From: Oscillospiraceae bacterium
Lineage (GTDB): Bacteria; Bacillota; Clostridia; Oscillospirales; SIG627
Reading direction: 5' to 3'
Length of the DNA: 64,000 nucleotides
Assembly (NCBI GenBank): GCA_015063985.1
Contig: SVTC01000003.1
Coordinates: 5,162-69,161, forward strand
Shown: one piece after another, positions 47,195 to 56,885 of the stretch
Layout: the number at the start of each line of letters is the position of its first letter
Position numbering within the stretch: position 1 is the first letter of the stretch
Program-made: the position numbers and the translations under genes
Notes under the pieces: generated by a model
What the model was told of the DNA's origin: nothing
Seen by the model: only the letters and a program-made list of their open reading frames with translations
The model's database searches: none

Positions 47195-48082
47195 GTGACT
47201 GATAATTTTATAAGATACGGCTTTGACAAGGTGATCAACGTCGAAAAAGTTATTACTCTGTTTTACATAGAGTTTTCAAAAAGCTTTACCTATGACGGCG
47301 AGACTCACGATTTTTGGGAAATGGTCTACGTCGACAGAGGCGAGACCATCTGCACCGCAGGCAAAAATCAATTCGTTTTAAAGGGCGGAGAATTGACCTT
47401 CCACAAGCCCAACGAATTCCACGCTATCCGTGCGGGAGAAAACAGCGCTCCCAACGTATCCATAATCACCTTTGAATCAAAAAGCCGCGCCATGAAATAT
47501 TTTGAGGGCAAGATTATAAGGCTCTCCGCAGAAGAAAAAGCTCTCATCGGAATGCTCTTCAAGGAGGGACTCAGCGCCTTCAGTCTTGTGGACAAAAAGA
47601 ATCCCCTTCTGCAAAGAATGGAAAAGCTCCCCGACGCCCCCTTCGGAAGCAGTCAGATGACAAAAAACCTTCTCGAGATCTTCCTTATAAGCCTCCACAG
47701 AAGAACGGATATGCTGGCAAAGCGCTCCAGATACCGCTATAAGGTAAACGGCGTGGCGATCCCCTTTCAGGTAAAGGAGATACTCGACTGTCTTGAAAGA
47801 AACGTGTATAAAAAGCTCAGCGTTGAGGACATCGCCCGAGAGGTGGGAAAAAGCGCCAGCGCCTTAAAAAGCCTGTTTTCCACCTATAAGGACGGCGGAA
47901 TAATGAAATATTTCAATCAGCTGAAAATAGAGGAAGCCAAAAAGCTGATCCGCGAGGGAAGCCTGAACTTCGCCCAGATATCCACCCAGCTCAATTTCGA
48001 CACCCCCCAATATTTTTCCACCTGCTTCAAGCGATTTACCAATATGTCCCCCCAGGAATATAAAAGCTCAATTTTGCAGTAA
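47195..48082 (+). CDS. AraC family transcriptional regulator
   Basis: Cupin N-terminus and a C-terminal HTH (FAQISTQLNFDTPQYFSTCFKRFTNMSPQEY). GTG start behind AAGGAGA. Divergent from the PIG-L cassette. Confidence 0.85.
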   Translation: MTDNFIRYGFDKVINVEKVITLFYIEFSKSFTYDGETHDFWEMVYVDRGETICTAGKNQFVLKGGELTFHKPNEFHAIRAGENSAPNVSIITFESKSRAMKYFEGKIIRLSAEEKALIGMLFKEGLSAFSLVDKKNPLLQRMEKLPDAPFGSSQMTKNLLEIFLISLHRRTDMLAKRSRYRYKVNGVAIPFQVKEILDCLERNVYKKLSVEDIAREVGKSASALKSLFSTYKDGGIMKYFNQLKIEEAKKLIREGSLNFAQISTQLNFDTPQYFSTCFKRFTNMSPQEYKSSILQ

Positions 48083-48093
48083 AGGATATATAA

Positions 48094-48684
48094 ATGAATA
48101 CCAAAGAGCACTATGATCTTCTGATAGAAGAAAATAACGACCCCGTTTTTGATCCGCCCGGGCTTAAAGAATATATGGATAAATGGGACGGAGAGGTTTT
48201 TATTGAAAAGCTTGCGCTGACAAAGGAAAAAACGGTCCTCGAGATCGGCGTGGGAACGGGAAGACTCGCACTTAAAACCGCCCCGCTATGCAAGACTTTT
48301 TGCGGAATAGACCTCTCCCCGAAGACCGTGGAAAAAGCAAGAGTAAATTTGTCTGCATTTTCAAACGTAGAGCTCATCTGCGCAAATTTCTTAAGCTTTC
48401 GCTTTGACGAAAGCTATGACGTCATCTATTCCTCTCTCACCTTTATGCATATTCAAAACAAGAAAAAATGCATAAAAAAGATAAGCCGCCTCCTTAACGA
48501 AAAGGGAATCTTCGTGCTGTCCGTCGACAAAAGCAAAAACAAGCATCTCGACTACGGCAACAGAAAAATAAAGCTTTACCCCGACGATCCCGAAAAGATA
48601 AGAAAATATATAAAATCCGCGGGACTAAATCCGATAAAAGAACAAGAAACCGAATTTGCAAGCATATTTGTCTGCGAGAAGTGA
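48094..48684 (+). CDS. Class I SAM-dependent methyltransferase
   Basis: VLEIGVGTGRLA is motif I. About 196 aa. Confidence 0.75.
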   Translation: MNTKEHYDLLIEENNDPVFDPPGLKEYMDKWDGEVFIEKLALTKEKTVLEIGVGTGRLALKTAPLCKTFCGIDLSPKTVEKARVNLSAFSNVELICANFLSFRFDESYDVIYSSLTFMHIQNKKKCIKKISRLLNEKGIFVLSVDKSKNKHLDYGNRKIKLYPDDPEKIRKYIKSAGLNPIKEQETEFASIFVCEK

Positions 48685-48690
48685 AAAGAA

Positions 48691-48717
48691 AAACACCGAG
48701 CCAACGGTGTTTTTTTC
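48691..48717 (+). terminator. Intrinsic terminator
   Basis: Stem aaacaccg / cggtgttt followed by a T-run. Confidence 0.7.
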
Positions 48718-48766
48718 GTTGACTCGGCGAAAAGTGTCGGGAGAGAAAAATAACTTTTTTATGAGA

Positions 48767-50059
48767 TTAGAGTAATCCCTTCATTTTACAAGCAAGATAC
48801 AACGGCATATTTGTAATATAACCATCCTTGCGATAGCCGCGTTTAGAAAAGCGCACGGCATATTCCGGTTGATGCTCCGAGATATATTTCTTGAACGTGG
48901 GTGCAGACTTATCTTCTCCGCCTTTTGCTTCAATGGGGATGATTGTTGTTCCATACTGGACTACGAAATCAATTTCGCCGCTTCGCTCCGAGTAATAATG
49001 AGGTGCAACATCATACTGTCCACAAAGTTGTTGCAGTACGTAGTTTTCGGTCAAGGGACCTTTAAACTGATAATCTGCCTTTAACAAAATCGCACTGTTG
49101 TCAATGCCCGCCATATGCTTTAGCAAACCGGTATCAAATACAAAGAGTTTAAACTGATCCAATTTTTCAAAGGCAGATAACGGATGCTCCAATTTAGAAA
49201 CATTATAAACGCGGTTTAACATACCCGCAGAAACAAGCCATTCAATCGCTTCTTCAAAATCACGCGCTCTCGCTCCATCGCGTACGGCTCCGTACATAAA
49301 CTTTTCATTCGACTTTGCAAGTTGAGTAACAATACTGCGGAAAACCATAAGTATTCTGCCGCTATTGACCTTTCCGTTATGCTTTGAAAAATCGTTTTCG
49401 TATATCTGAATCAATTCTCTTTGAATTTGTGAAATCTTAGCGGGATCCTTATATTTTATCCAAGAGGAAACACATTCCGGCATACCGCCAATAATCAAAT
49501 AGTTATTATATGCTTCCATTAACCGATTGTGGAAGATAGCTTCAATTTGCTGTTCCTTGGTAACGCTTTGATAAAATTCAAATAACGATTCATCGCTTGC
49601 CTCAAGAAATTCATCAAACGTAAGCGGTTTGATATCTAAAAGATTAACCATACCCACAGGATATGACTTTGGCTGAGCAAGTAAGGTACCAAGCAAACTA
49701 CCTGCGGCAATAACATGATACTCGTTCGCCTTTTCTTTGAAATACTTTAAAGCATTTAAGGCGGCGGGACATTCCTGAATTTCGTCGAAAATAATAAGTG
49801 TATCTTGCGGTAGAATTCTCTCTACTGCTATCATCGAGAGTAATTCTATAATACGAGTCGGATTCTTGTTTGACTCAAAAACCGATTTTAACTCATCTTC
49901 TTCATCAAAGTTGAAATAAACCGAGTTTTTATAATTAGTTCTGCCAAACTCTTTCATTAACCAAGTCTTTCCAACCTGACGCGCGCCACGCAAAACCATC
50001 GGCTTGCGTTCTGCATCATTTTTCCATTTGATAAGTTCTTCTAAAACTTTTCTTCTCAT
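48767..50059 (-). CDS. AAA+ ATPase with C-terminal DUF4143-like domain
   Basis: Walker A is RGARQVGKT and Walker B is LIIFDEIQ. The architecture and length are typical of AAA_14/DUF4143 proteins. The gene is visibly more AT-rich than its neighbours. Confidence 0.75.
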   Translation of the reverse strand: MRRKVLEELIKWKNDAERKPMVLRGARQVGKTWLMKEFGRTNYKNSVYFNFDEEDELKSVFESNKNPTRIIELLSMIAVERILPQDTLIIFDEIQECPAALNALKYFKEKANEYHVIAAGSLLGTLLAQPKSYPVGMVNLLDIKPLTFDEFLEASDESLFEFYQSVTKEQQIEAIFHNRLMEAYNNYLIIGGMPECVSSWIKYKDPAKISQIQRELIQIYENDFSKHNGKVNSGRILMVFRSIVTQLAKSNEKFMYGAVRDGARARDFEEAIEWLVSAGMLNRVYNVSKLEHPLSAFEKLDQFKLFVFDTGLLKHMAGIDNSAILLKADYQFKGPLTENYVLQQLCGQYDVAPHYYSERSGEIDFVVQYGTTIIPIEAKGGEDKSAPTFKKYISEHQPEYAVRFSKRGYRKDGYITNMPLYLACKMKGLL

Positions 50060-50094
50060 CGAACATCACCTCACAAACTGCTACGATTATAGTA

Positions 50095-50173
50095 TAACAC
50101 ATTTTTTCAAGTTTATCAAGGCTGTTTTAACACATTTTTTCAAGTTTACAATGTCGAAAATAACACATTTTTC
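50095..50173. repeat. Three direct repeats (TAACACATTTTT[T]C...) at exact 33-bp phasing in the promoter region of the AAA+ gene
   Basis: Copies start at 50095, 50128 and 50161. The first two share 21 identical nt (TAACACATTTTTTCAAGTTTA). On the minus strand, a TTGATA-17-TATACT promoter overlaps copy 1. Confidence 0.6.
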
Positions 50174-50334
50174 CAAAAAAGAGCAAAAGAAACTCCGCTG
50201 GACTTAACCTGATAAAAGATAAAAATCGAATTTGCAAATGTTTTCTTATGTCAAAAAATTTGAAAGAATAACAAAAACACTCCCCTCTCGGCGCCGCAAA
50301 ACGCTTTGAAGGGAGTGATTTTTTCTATTTGTTT

Positions 50335-51288
50335 TTATTCCTTATCCTCACAGCAGGGATCGGGCTTGACTTGGGGAGCAGGCTCGGCGGCGGGAGGAGT
50401 AACGTCACCGATTCCGGTGGTCTCGCTGAACATTACGTTTTCCTTAGCCATATTGACCGCATCTGTGGGAACTATGATCTTGGATGCCCTTCCGTTGGAC
50501 ATTGCAACCAGAGCCTCGTATTTTTTAAGGATCAGCACCGCTTCGTCAACACCCGCCGCCTTCAATGCGGCAAGACCGTCGGCTTCAGCCTTCTTGGCAA
50601 GGAGGATCGCCTGAGCTTCACCCTGAGCCCTTGCGATGCGGGCATCTCTTTCGCCCTCTGCGGCAAGAATGAGAGCCTGCTTATCACCCTCGGCTCTTGT
50701 GATGACCGCCGCCTTGTGACCTTCAGCCTCAAGAAGGGTCTCACGTCTGTCGCGCTCCGCCTTCATCTGCTTTTCCATGGCATTCTGTATCTCGGCGGGA
50801 GGGATGATATTCTTAAGCTCCACTCTGTTGACCTTGATTCCCCACTGATCGGTGGCGCAATCAAGGATCTCGGTCATTTTTCCGTTGATGGTATCACGGC
50901 TCGTAAGGGTATCGTCAAGCTCCAACTCACCTACCAGGTTTCTCAGGGTAGTAGCAGTGAGATTTGCCAAAGCGCTGATGGGATTTACCGCTCCGTAGGT
51001 GAAAAGATTGGAATCAAAGACCTTGAAATACACTACTGTGTCTATCTGCATTGTAACGTTATCCTTTGTGATAACGGGCTGAGGCGGGCTATCCAGCACC
51101 TGCTCCTTGAGAGTTACCTTTTTAGCTATCCTATCCACAACGGGAATAAGAAAATGAAGTCCCGCGCTCCAGGTCCGCTTGTACTTTCCGATGCGCTCGA
51201 TAACAAACTCCGTTGCCTGAGGCACCACCTTCAGGCATCCTACCAAAAGCAGGATGACAAGAACTGCGATTACTGCAAATACTTCCAT
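50335..51288 (-). CDS. SPFH/band-7 (stomatin-like) membrane protein
   Basis: An N-terminal TM segment is followed by VVPQATEFVIERIGKY...HFLIPVVD and a coiled coil rich in AE(A/G) repeats. Confidence 0.85.
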   Translation of the reverse strand: MEVFAVIAVLVILLLVGCLKVVPQATEFVIERIGKYKRTWSAGLHFLIPVVDRIAKKVTLKEQVLDSPPQPVITKDNVTMQIDTVVYFKVFDSNLFTYGAVNPISALANLTATTLRNLVGELELDDTLTSRDTINGKMTEILDCATDQWGIKVNRVELKNIIPPAEIQNAMEKQMKAERDRRETLLEAEGHKAAVITRAEGDKQALILAAEGERDARIARAQGEAQAILLAKKAEADGLAALKAAGVDEAVLILKKYEALVAMSNGRASKIIVPTDAVNMAKENVMFSETTGIGDVTPPAAEPAPQVKPDPCCEDKE

Positions 51289-51306
51289 AATTAAAACCTC
51301 TTTTCC

Positions 51307-52251
51307 TTAATTATCTTCAAAAAGCTCGGCGGCTTTTAAAAGCTCTGTCATAGTCAGTGCTCGGTTCACCTTATCTCTGAGCATCGCCGCCCCCTTAAAG
51401 CCCTTGATATAGGCGGCTATATGCTTTCTCAATTCCTTAACGGCTATCTCCTCGCCCTTTTTTTGGCAAGCCAGGCGGATATGCTCGGTCATCACCGAAG
51501 CCACGCTCTTACCGAGGGTAAAGCTCTCGCCCTTAAGATATGCTTTTATCTCGGAAAATATCCACGGTCTGCCCAATGCGGCTCTGCCGATCATAAGGTG
51601 ATCGCAGTCTGTATATTCCAGCATTCTTTTTGCGCTCTCACCGTCGGTTATCTCTCCGTTTGCCGCAACGGGAAAATCTCTTCCCAGCGCCGTCTTGACT
51701 TCCTTGATAATATCAAGATCCACGGGAGGTGCGTACATCTGAGCGGCTGTCTTTCCGTGAACGGCTACCATATCGGCTCCGCCCCTTTTTGCCGCCAAAG
51801 CGACCTCTACGGCGTTTTTCCTCGCCTCCGTCCTTCCCGAACGGATCTTTACCGTAAGCGGCACGTCCACGGCATCTTTAATGGCTGCCACGATGGAATA
51901 CACCCTTTCGGGATCCTTCATCAAGGCACTGCCGTCGCCGCTTTTTACTATCTTTCCAACGGGACAACCCATATTAACGTCTATCCAATCGGGGTGAAAG
52001 CTATCGCAAAGAGCTTTTGCGGCTCTTGCCATGGTATGCTCTTCACTGCCGAAGATCTGAAGGGCTACAGGTCTCTCACAAGGGTCGAAATCCGCAAGCT
52101 GAAAGGTCTTCTTATCGTTGAAGCATACCGCCTTGGCGCTTATCATCTCACTTACCAAAAGATCCGCACCGTATTTTTTACAGATCTGTCTGAAGGCGCT
52201 GTCTGCCACCCCCGCCATAGGGGCAAGTATAAGTTTCGGTTTTTTAATCAT
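51307..52251 (-). CDS. dusB: tRNA-dihydrouridine synthase
   Basis: LAPMAGVADSAFRQIC...VNMGCP...HGKT motifs. Confidence 0.88.
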   Translation of the reverse strand: MIKKPKLILAPMAGVADSAFRQICKKYGADLLVSEMISAKAVCFNDKKTFQLADFDPCERPVALQIFGSEEHTMARAAKALCDSFHPDWIDVNMGCPVGKIVKSGDGSALMKDPERVYSIVAAIKDAVDVPLTVKIRSGRTEARKNAVEVALAAKRGGADMVAVHGKTAAQMYAPPVDLDIIKEVKTALGRDFPVAANGEITDGESAKRMLEYTDCDHLMIGRAALGRPWIFSEIKAYLKGESFTLGKSVASVMTEHIRLACQKKGEEIAVKELRKHIAAYIKGFKGAAMLRDKVNRALTMTELLKAAELFEDN

Positions 52252-54389
52252 TACTTTTTCTTTGATCTGAGGATATCAACGCTTCCGTCTATCTCGTAAA
52301 GACCGCAGTCCGCTTTTTCAAAGGAGTCTGTCTCCACACGGTAGCCCAAAGCATAACGATAGTAGAAGTACAAGGGCACACTGGACCAGCCGTGACAAAG
52401 ACTGCCGGCGTAACTGAAATCATCGGCACCTGCAATGGTCTCCCAGAAGCTCGTAGCCCCGTTATAAAGCATATGCCCCCAATCGCGGGCAATGATATCA
52501 AATACCCTTCTTGCATACTTTTCGGGGCGCTTCATCAGGGCATCGAAAACAAATATCGAGTAGCTCAAGGTCGCGGGAAGAAGCTCGGTGTTTTCCATCA
52601 TTGTCTCCAGAACTCTGTCAAGCTTATCCTCCCCGCAGGCACCGCAGAACACCGCCAGAGCCTGAGTGAGCTGATTGAGGTGGCAAAGCTTATCCTCTTG
52701 AGTGTATCTGGTGTAATACAAGGCCCTTTCGGGATCGTAGAATAATCGGTTGATCGCCTCGTTTATCTCCTTCACCCTTGCAAAATAGAACTTGCTTCTT
52801 TCGTCGCCCGCCGCCTCAAATATCATAGCGGCACTGCGGTAAGCCATACTGATAAAGGCATTGAAGGGAGCGTCAAACACTTCCCGCCCGTTTACCTTGA
52901 AGCCGTCCGTATTCTTCTGCCATTCGTAGAAATTCCACACTCTTGAATCGTTGGTATAAAGGCTTGCAAGTCCATTGGAGCAAAACTGCCCCTCAAAGCT
53001 TTTGAGAACGCCCTCGGTATCACATAGAGTCTTATATGCAAAATCCACGTCCTTGGAATAGAGCATATACTCATAAAGCTCCACGAAATACATCGCACTG
53101 AAGCTGGGAATAGCTCTCGAGCCTCTGCTGGGAGAGGTCATCTCCAAAAGGCCGTCGTCCCTCTGCACCTTGCTGAGAAGCTCTAAAGACGCCCTGGGAA
53201 AATCAAACTCACCGAAGGCGTAATATCCGCAGAGCATCTGATTTCTGGAATCCATAGGATAGAGCGCCTGCTCTCTCCAGGGACAGTCCTCGTAATGCTC
53301 GTGCATACAAAGCTCCAGAGTCCTTGCGGAGACCTCGCATATCTTGTTATGAAGCTTATCGCTGCAGGAAAAATACTGACTGTGATCCAGGGGATACTCG
53401 GTAGGCTTAACACTTAAATGGTGCAGAATCGCAGAATCGGCAAAAACGTTTATCTGCAAGAATCTTGCGCCTATTCTTCTGTAGGGATAAAGAAAGCGCC
53501 TTCTTCCCTTTTTCAGCTTAAGATCCAGACAGAAGTTTCTTCCTCCAAGCCAGCTTCTCACTCTTCCGTCCTGGATATGCTCGCCCCATCCTATCAGCAC
53601 GCGGCAATCCTTTTCAAGGGTGATATCAAGGCTGACAAGACCGACCGTCTCTTCACCCAGATCCACTATCGCCCAGCAGCCGTCCTTTTCACCCTTCAGG
53701 GGGATCTCGCTATCGGGAAGGTATCTTACCTTACGCTTATCGTCAAGCTTGTGGTAAGCAAAATATGCCTTTTTGCCCTGGTTGGGTTCATTTTCGTCCA
53801 CCGTGGAGATAAAGCTTCCCGTGTTGATAAGCTTTACCCTTTTCTCGGGAAGGATAAGCTGCTTTTTTACGGGGCGGCAAAGAAGCTCTTTGGTCTTATC
53901 CACCTCATCGGCGCGGACAAAAACCCCATTATCGCAGTCAAGCTCGTCGTACACCGCATTTTTTCCGATCTGATTGGAGCTTACGTTATCACAAAGGTAT
54001 TTTGTATTGACACTGCACAAGGTCCTGCCGCTGCTGAAGGCTCTCTCCTCACCGTCTATCCAAAGAGAGAATATAAGTCCTGCGCTTTGTACGGCACTGC
54101 AAGCGGTCTCTCTGCCCTCGTGCCACGCAGATATTTTTATAAGGTTCGTACCCTCGCAAAGCTTGTCCAGGGTAATGCTGTCGTAGATCTTATATTCCTC
54201 AAAATCGGCATACTGACCGTAGTTTATAAATTCCCCGTTGAGATAAAGAGCGTACTGAAAATCACAGCTTAAGAAAAGCTCGGCGCTCTGACCCTTTTTC
54301 GCAACGAAATCAACCACGAAGTCAATGCGGACGTTTTTTGTCTCTCTGTCGCCGCACCATATCCACTTGGCATTTTCGAAAACGTTCAT
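52251..54389 (-). CDS. Six-hairpin glycoside hydrolase, GH78-like (alpha-L-rhamnosidase family)
   Basis: The N-terminus AKWIWCGD... is typical of rhamnosidase-like proteins, and the central HEHYEDCPWREQALYPMDSR block resembles the GH78-related (alpha/alpha)6 domain. No signal peptide. Confidence 0.5.
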   Translation of the reverse strand: MNVFENAKWIWCGDRETKNVRIDFVVDFVAKKGQSAELFLSCDFQYALYLNGEFINYGQYADFEEYKIYDSITLDKLCEGTNLIKISAWHEGRETACSAVQSAGLIFSLWIDGEERAFSSGRTLCSVNTKYLCDNVSSNQIGKNAVYDELDCDNGVFVRADEVDKTKELLCRPVKKQLILPEKRVKLINTGSFISTVDENEPNQGKKAYFAYHKLDDKRKVRYLPDSEIPLKGEKDGCWAIVDLGEETVGLVSLDITLEKDCRVLIGWGEHIQDGRVRSWLGGRNFCLDLKLKKGRRRFLYPYRRIGARFLQINVFADSAILHHLSVKPTEYPLDHSQYFSCSDKLHNKICEVSARTLELCMHEHYEDCPWREQALYPMDSRNQMLCGYYAFGEFDFPRASLELLSKVQRDDGLLEMTSPSRGSRAIPSFSAMYFVELYEYMLYSKDVDFAYKTLCDTEGVLKSFEGQFCSNGLASLYTNDSRVWNFYEWQKNTDGFKVNGREVFDAPFNAFISMAYRSAAMIFEAAGDERSKFYFARVKEINEAINRLFYDPERALYYTRYTQEDKLCHLNQLTQALAVFCGACGEDKLDRVLETMMENTELLPATLSYSIFVFDALMKRPEKYARRVFDIIARDWGHMLYNGATSFWETIAGADDFSYAGSLCHGWSSVPLYFYYRYALGYRVETDSFEKADCGLYEIDGSVDILRSKKK

Positions 54390-54925
54390 TATCCTATTAT
54401 CCTTTCGATCTGCTCTACGGTCTGTTCCACCGAGCCGTTATTGAAAACGAAATAATCCGCCATTGCAATAGGACCGCCCTTCTCAAGCTTTTCTATCTCG
54501 GCATAATCTCTGCTTCTGGCCCCCTCCTCATCAAGGGGACGGATCACTCTGTTTTTGATCCTCTCATATCTGATCCTTCTGTCAGCTACTATGGCGATCA
54601 CCTCAAGAGTATCTCCGAAGGCCTCCTTTAAGACCTTATATTCACTCCAGGAATAAAGCCCGTCAAGAACAACGTTTCCGATCTCAAGCTTTTCTTTTAT
54701 GGTAGGAAGCAGAAGCTTTGCAAAGGCGGCGGGACCGTGCACACTTCTCAATTCCTCCCTGACCGCTCTCTCGTTGGCCTCGTTTTTCTCAAGACCTCTT
54801 CTTTTCAGCTCGTCCATAGTGACTCCGCCGAAATACACGTACTCCCAGCCCTTTTCCTTAAAATAATCACAAACGACGCTCTTTCCCACGCCGCACATTC
54901 CCACAAGTGCATATATACGGTTCAT
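54389..54925 (-). CDS. P-loop nucleotide/nucleoside kinase-like protein
   Basis: Walker A is GMCGVGKS. About 178 aa. Its stop overlaps the start of the GH78-like gene (TAATG). Confidence 0.55.
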   Translation of the reverse strand: MNRIYALVGMCGVGKSVVCDYFKEKGWEYVYFGGVTMDELKRRGLEKNEANERAVREELRSVHGPAAFAKLLLPTIKEKLEIGNVVLDGLYSWSEYKVLKEAFGDTLEVIAIVADRRIRYERIKNRVIRPLDEEGARSRDYAEIEKLEKGGPIAMADYFVFNNGSVEQTVEQIERIIG

Positions 54926-55092
54926 TACTTATCTCCTTAAAGTTTTTATTATCATAAATAATTTTATAATATCCTTTAATGGGAGTCAAGTGTTTTTTTG
55001 ATTTTATTGCAGGAATAAAGAAAATAAAGTCAAATTGGGTATTGAAAAATCAAAGCCTCGGTGCTATAATCACAAAAAAGGAGGAGATAACC

Positions 55093-55815
55093 ATGTCGCT
55101 TTACGAGGAATACAAAAAGGATGAATTTTTATTTGAGGATATGACCGCAATAGTGGTGATCCCCCACGAACCCGAGAAGGGTGCCCCACTGGCACTGAAG
55201 ACCGAATATTGGCCGGCATTTCCCGAAACCGAAAAGCTTCTTCTGGAAAAGGGCTTTTACCTTTGCTACGTAAAAAACAAGAACCGTTGGGGAATAGACG
55301 AGGATCTTGACAGAAAGGCCCGCTTTATCGACTTCGTCAGCCAAAAATATTCCACGGCGGCTAAATGCGTACCCGTAGGTATGAGCTGCGGAGGTCTGAT
55401 AGCAATAGATCTCGCTGCAAAGTATCCTGAAAAGATCGCCTGCCTCTATCTGGACGCCCCCGTGACAAACTTTATGAGCTGTCCCTTGGGATGCGGAGTC
55501 GGAGAGCCCTTGGCGGAAAACAACGATGAGATCTTAAAGGCTCTGGGAATGACCATATCCCAGCTTATCTCCTACAGAGAAATGCCTATGGACCGCATCC
55601 CCGCGCTTATAGAAAACCGCATACCCCTTGCTTTGGTTGCGGGAGACAGTGACAGGGTCGTGCCCTACTGCGAAAACGGCATACATCTTGAGAAGGCATA
55701 CGAAAAAACCTCTATCCCCTTTAAGCTCTGGATAAAGCCCGGCTGTGACCATCACCCGCACGGAGCCACCGATCCCTCGGAGGTAGTTGACTTCATTTTG
55801 GCAAATATGCGCTAA
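55093..55815 (+). CDS. Alpha/beta hydrolase
   Basis: Nucleophile elbow GMSCGG, a later DSDRVVP, and a C-terminal His. The start is set at MSLYEEY behind AAGGAGGAG. Confidence 0.65.
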   Translation: MSLYEEYKKDEFLFEDMTAIVVIPHEPEKGAPLALKTEYWPAFPETEKLLLEKGFYLCYVKNKNRWGIDEDLDRKARFIDFVSQKYSTAAKCVPVGMSCGGLIAIDLAAKYPEKIACLYLDAPVTNFMSCPLGCGVGEPLAENNDEILKALGMTISQLISYREMPMDRIPALIENRIPLALVAGDSDRVVPYCENGIHLEKAYEKTSIPFKLWIKPGCDHHPHGATDPSEVVDFILANMR

Positions 55816-55821
55816 AAAAAG

Positions 55822-55852
55822 CCCGGATAAGCCATAAAAATGCTTATCCGGG
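55822..55852. terminator. Bidirectional intrinsic terminator
   Basis: Stem cccggataagc / gcttatccggg flanked by A7 and a T-rich sequence. Confidence 0.75.
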
Positions 55853-55859
55853 TATTCTT

Positions 55860-56885
55860 TTATTTTCCGAACTCGTCAATATCCACAGTGGTGTTGGTCT
55901 TGATCGCCTCGTCTGCCGCAAGAGCCACTGCAAAGGCTCTCCAGGCTTCGTCGATGGTGGGATTGCCTTCGGTATCGTTTTCGATCATATCTATAAGGGT
56001 CTGAAGCTGAGCATACATATTCTTATACTCAGTCTTTACGTTGACCGACTCATAAACACCCGTATCACTGTGATAGATGGTGATAAGATCGCCCTCCTCG
56101 GAGTCTCCGCTTCTGTAAAGAGCCATTTCAAGGGTTATTCTGCCTCTTGTACCGATAAACTCCTTAAGATTCGCGGCTCTTATGGTCTGTCCCCAGCCCG
56201 CCTCGTAAAAGCCCTTACAGCCGTTATCCATGGTAAAGTTCACCATGGTGTAGTTATCTCTGGGGGCATCGAATTGAGTTTTGGTACCAAAGCCGGTGAC
56301 GGATGTGATGTTCGCTCCGGTAAGCCACTGGGCAACGTCGTAATAATGCACTCCGCAATCTACCGTGGGACTGCAATCCTCCATCAAGCGGCAATACCTT
56401 TTCCAATTCATTGCGTGGTGGTTCTGGGTCATTCTCATAAGGCGTATGTCGCCGATAACTCCGCAATCCATAAGCTCCTTGATCTTCTGGTAGGAATTAT
56501 TGTGCCTTAAAATATGGGCGATCAGCACCTTTTGAGGATAGCTCTTTACCAATCGCAAAAATTCCCTGCCCTCCTCCAGATTGGAGGTTATGGGCTTCTC
56601 GCAAAGAACGTGCTTTCCTGCCTCGAGGCAATCCTTTAAAATGGAAAGGTGGCTGTTTACGTAGGTGGCGATAATGACTATCTCGGCACCGTCGGGACCG
56701 AGAAACCTTTTATAGTCGGTACCCCAATTCCGCGAACCGTAGCGGCGTGCGGTGCTTTTTGCCGCTTCCTCGTTAAGGTCCACCACCGCTTCAACGATCA
56801 CGTTATCTCTGTAATATATATCCTGAAGATGCTCCAAGCCTATGTGTCCGCATCCTATCAGCATTACTTTGTAGGTCTTACTCAT
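55860..56885 (-). CDS. Gfo/Idh/MocA family oxidoreductase
   Basis: YKVMLIGCGHIGLEH N-terminus. The start is set at ATG 56885 behind CGGAGGAAT. Confidence 0.8.
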   Translation of the reverse strand: MSKTYKVMLIGCGHIGLEHLQDIYYRDNVIVEAVVDLNEEAAKSTARRYGSRNWGTDYKRFLGPDGAEIVIIATYVNSHLSILKDCLEAGKHVLCEKPITSNLEEGREFLRLVKSYPQKVLIAHILRHNNSYQKIKELMDCGVIGDIRLMRMTQNHHAMNWKRYCRLMEDCSPTVDCGVHYYDVAQWLTGANITSVTGFGTKTQFDAPRDNYTMVNFTMDNGCKGFYEAGWGQTIRAANLKEFIGTRGRITLEMALYRSGDSEEGDLITIYHSDTGVYESVNVKTEYKNMYAQLQTLIDMIENDTEGNPTIDEAWRAFAVALAADEAIKTNTTVDIDEFGK

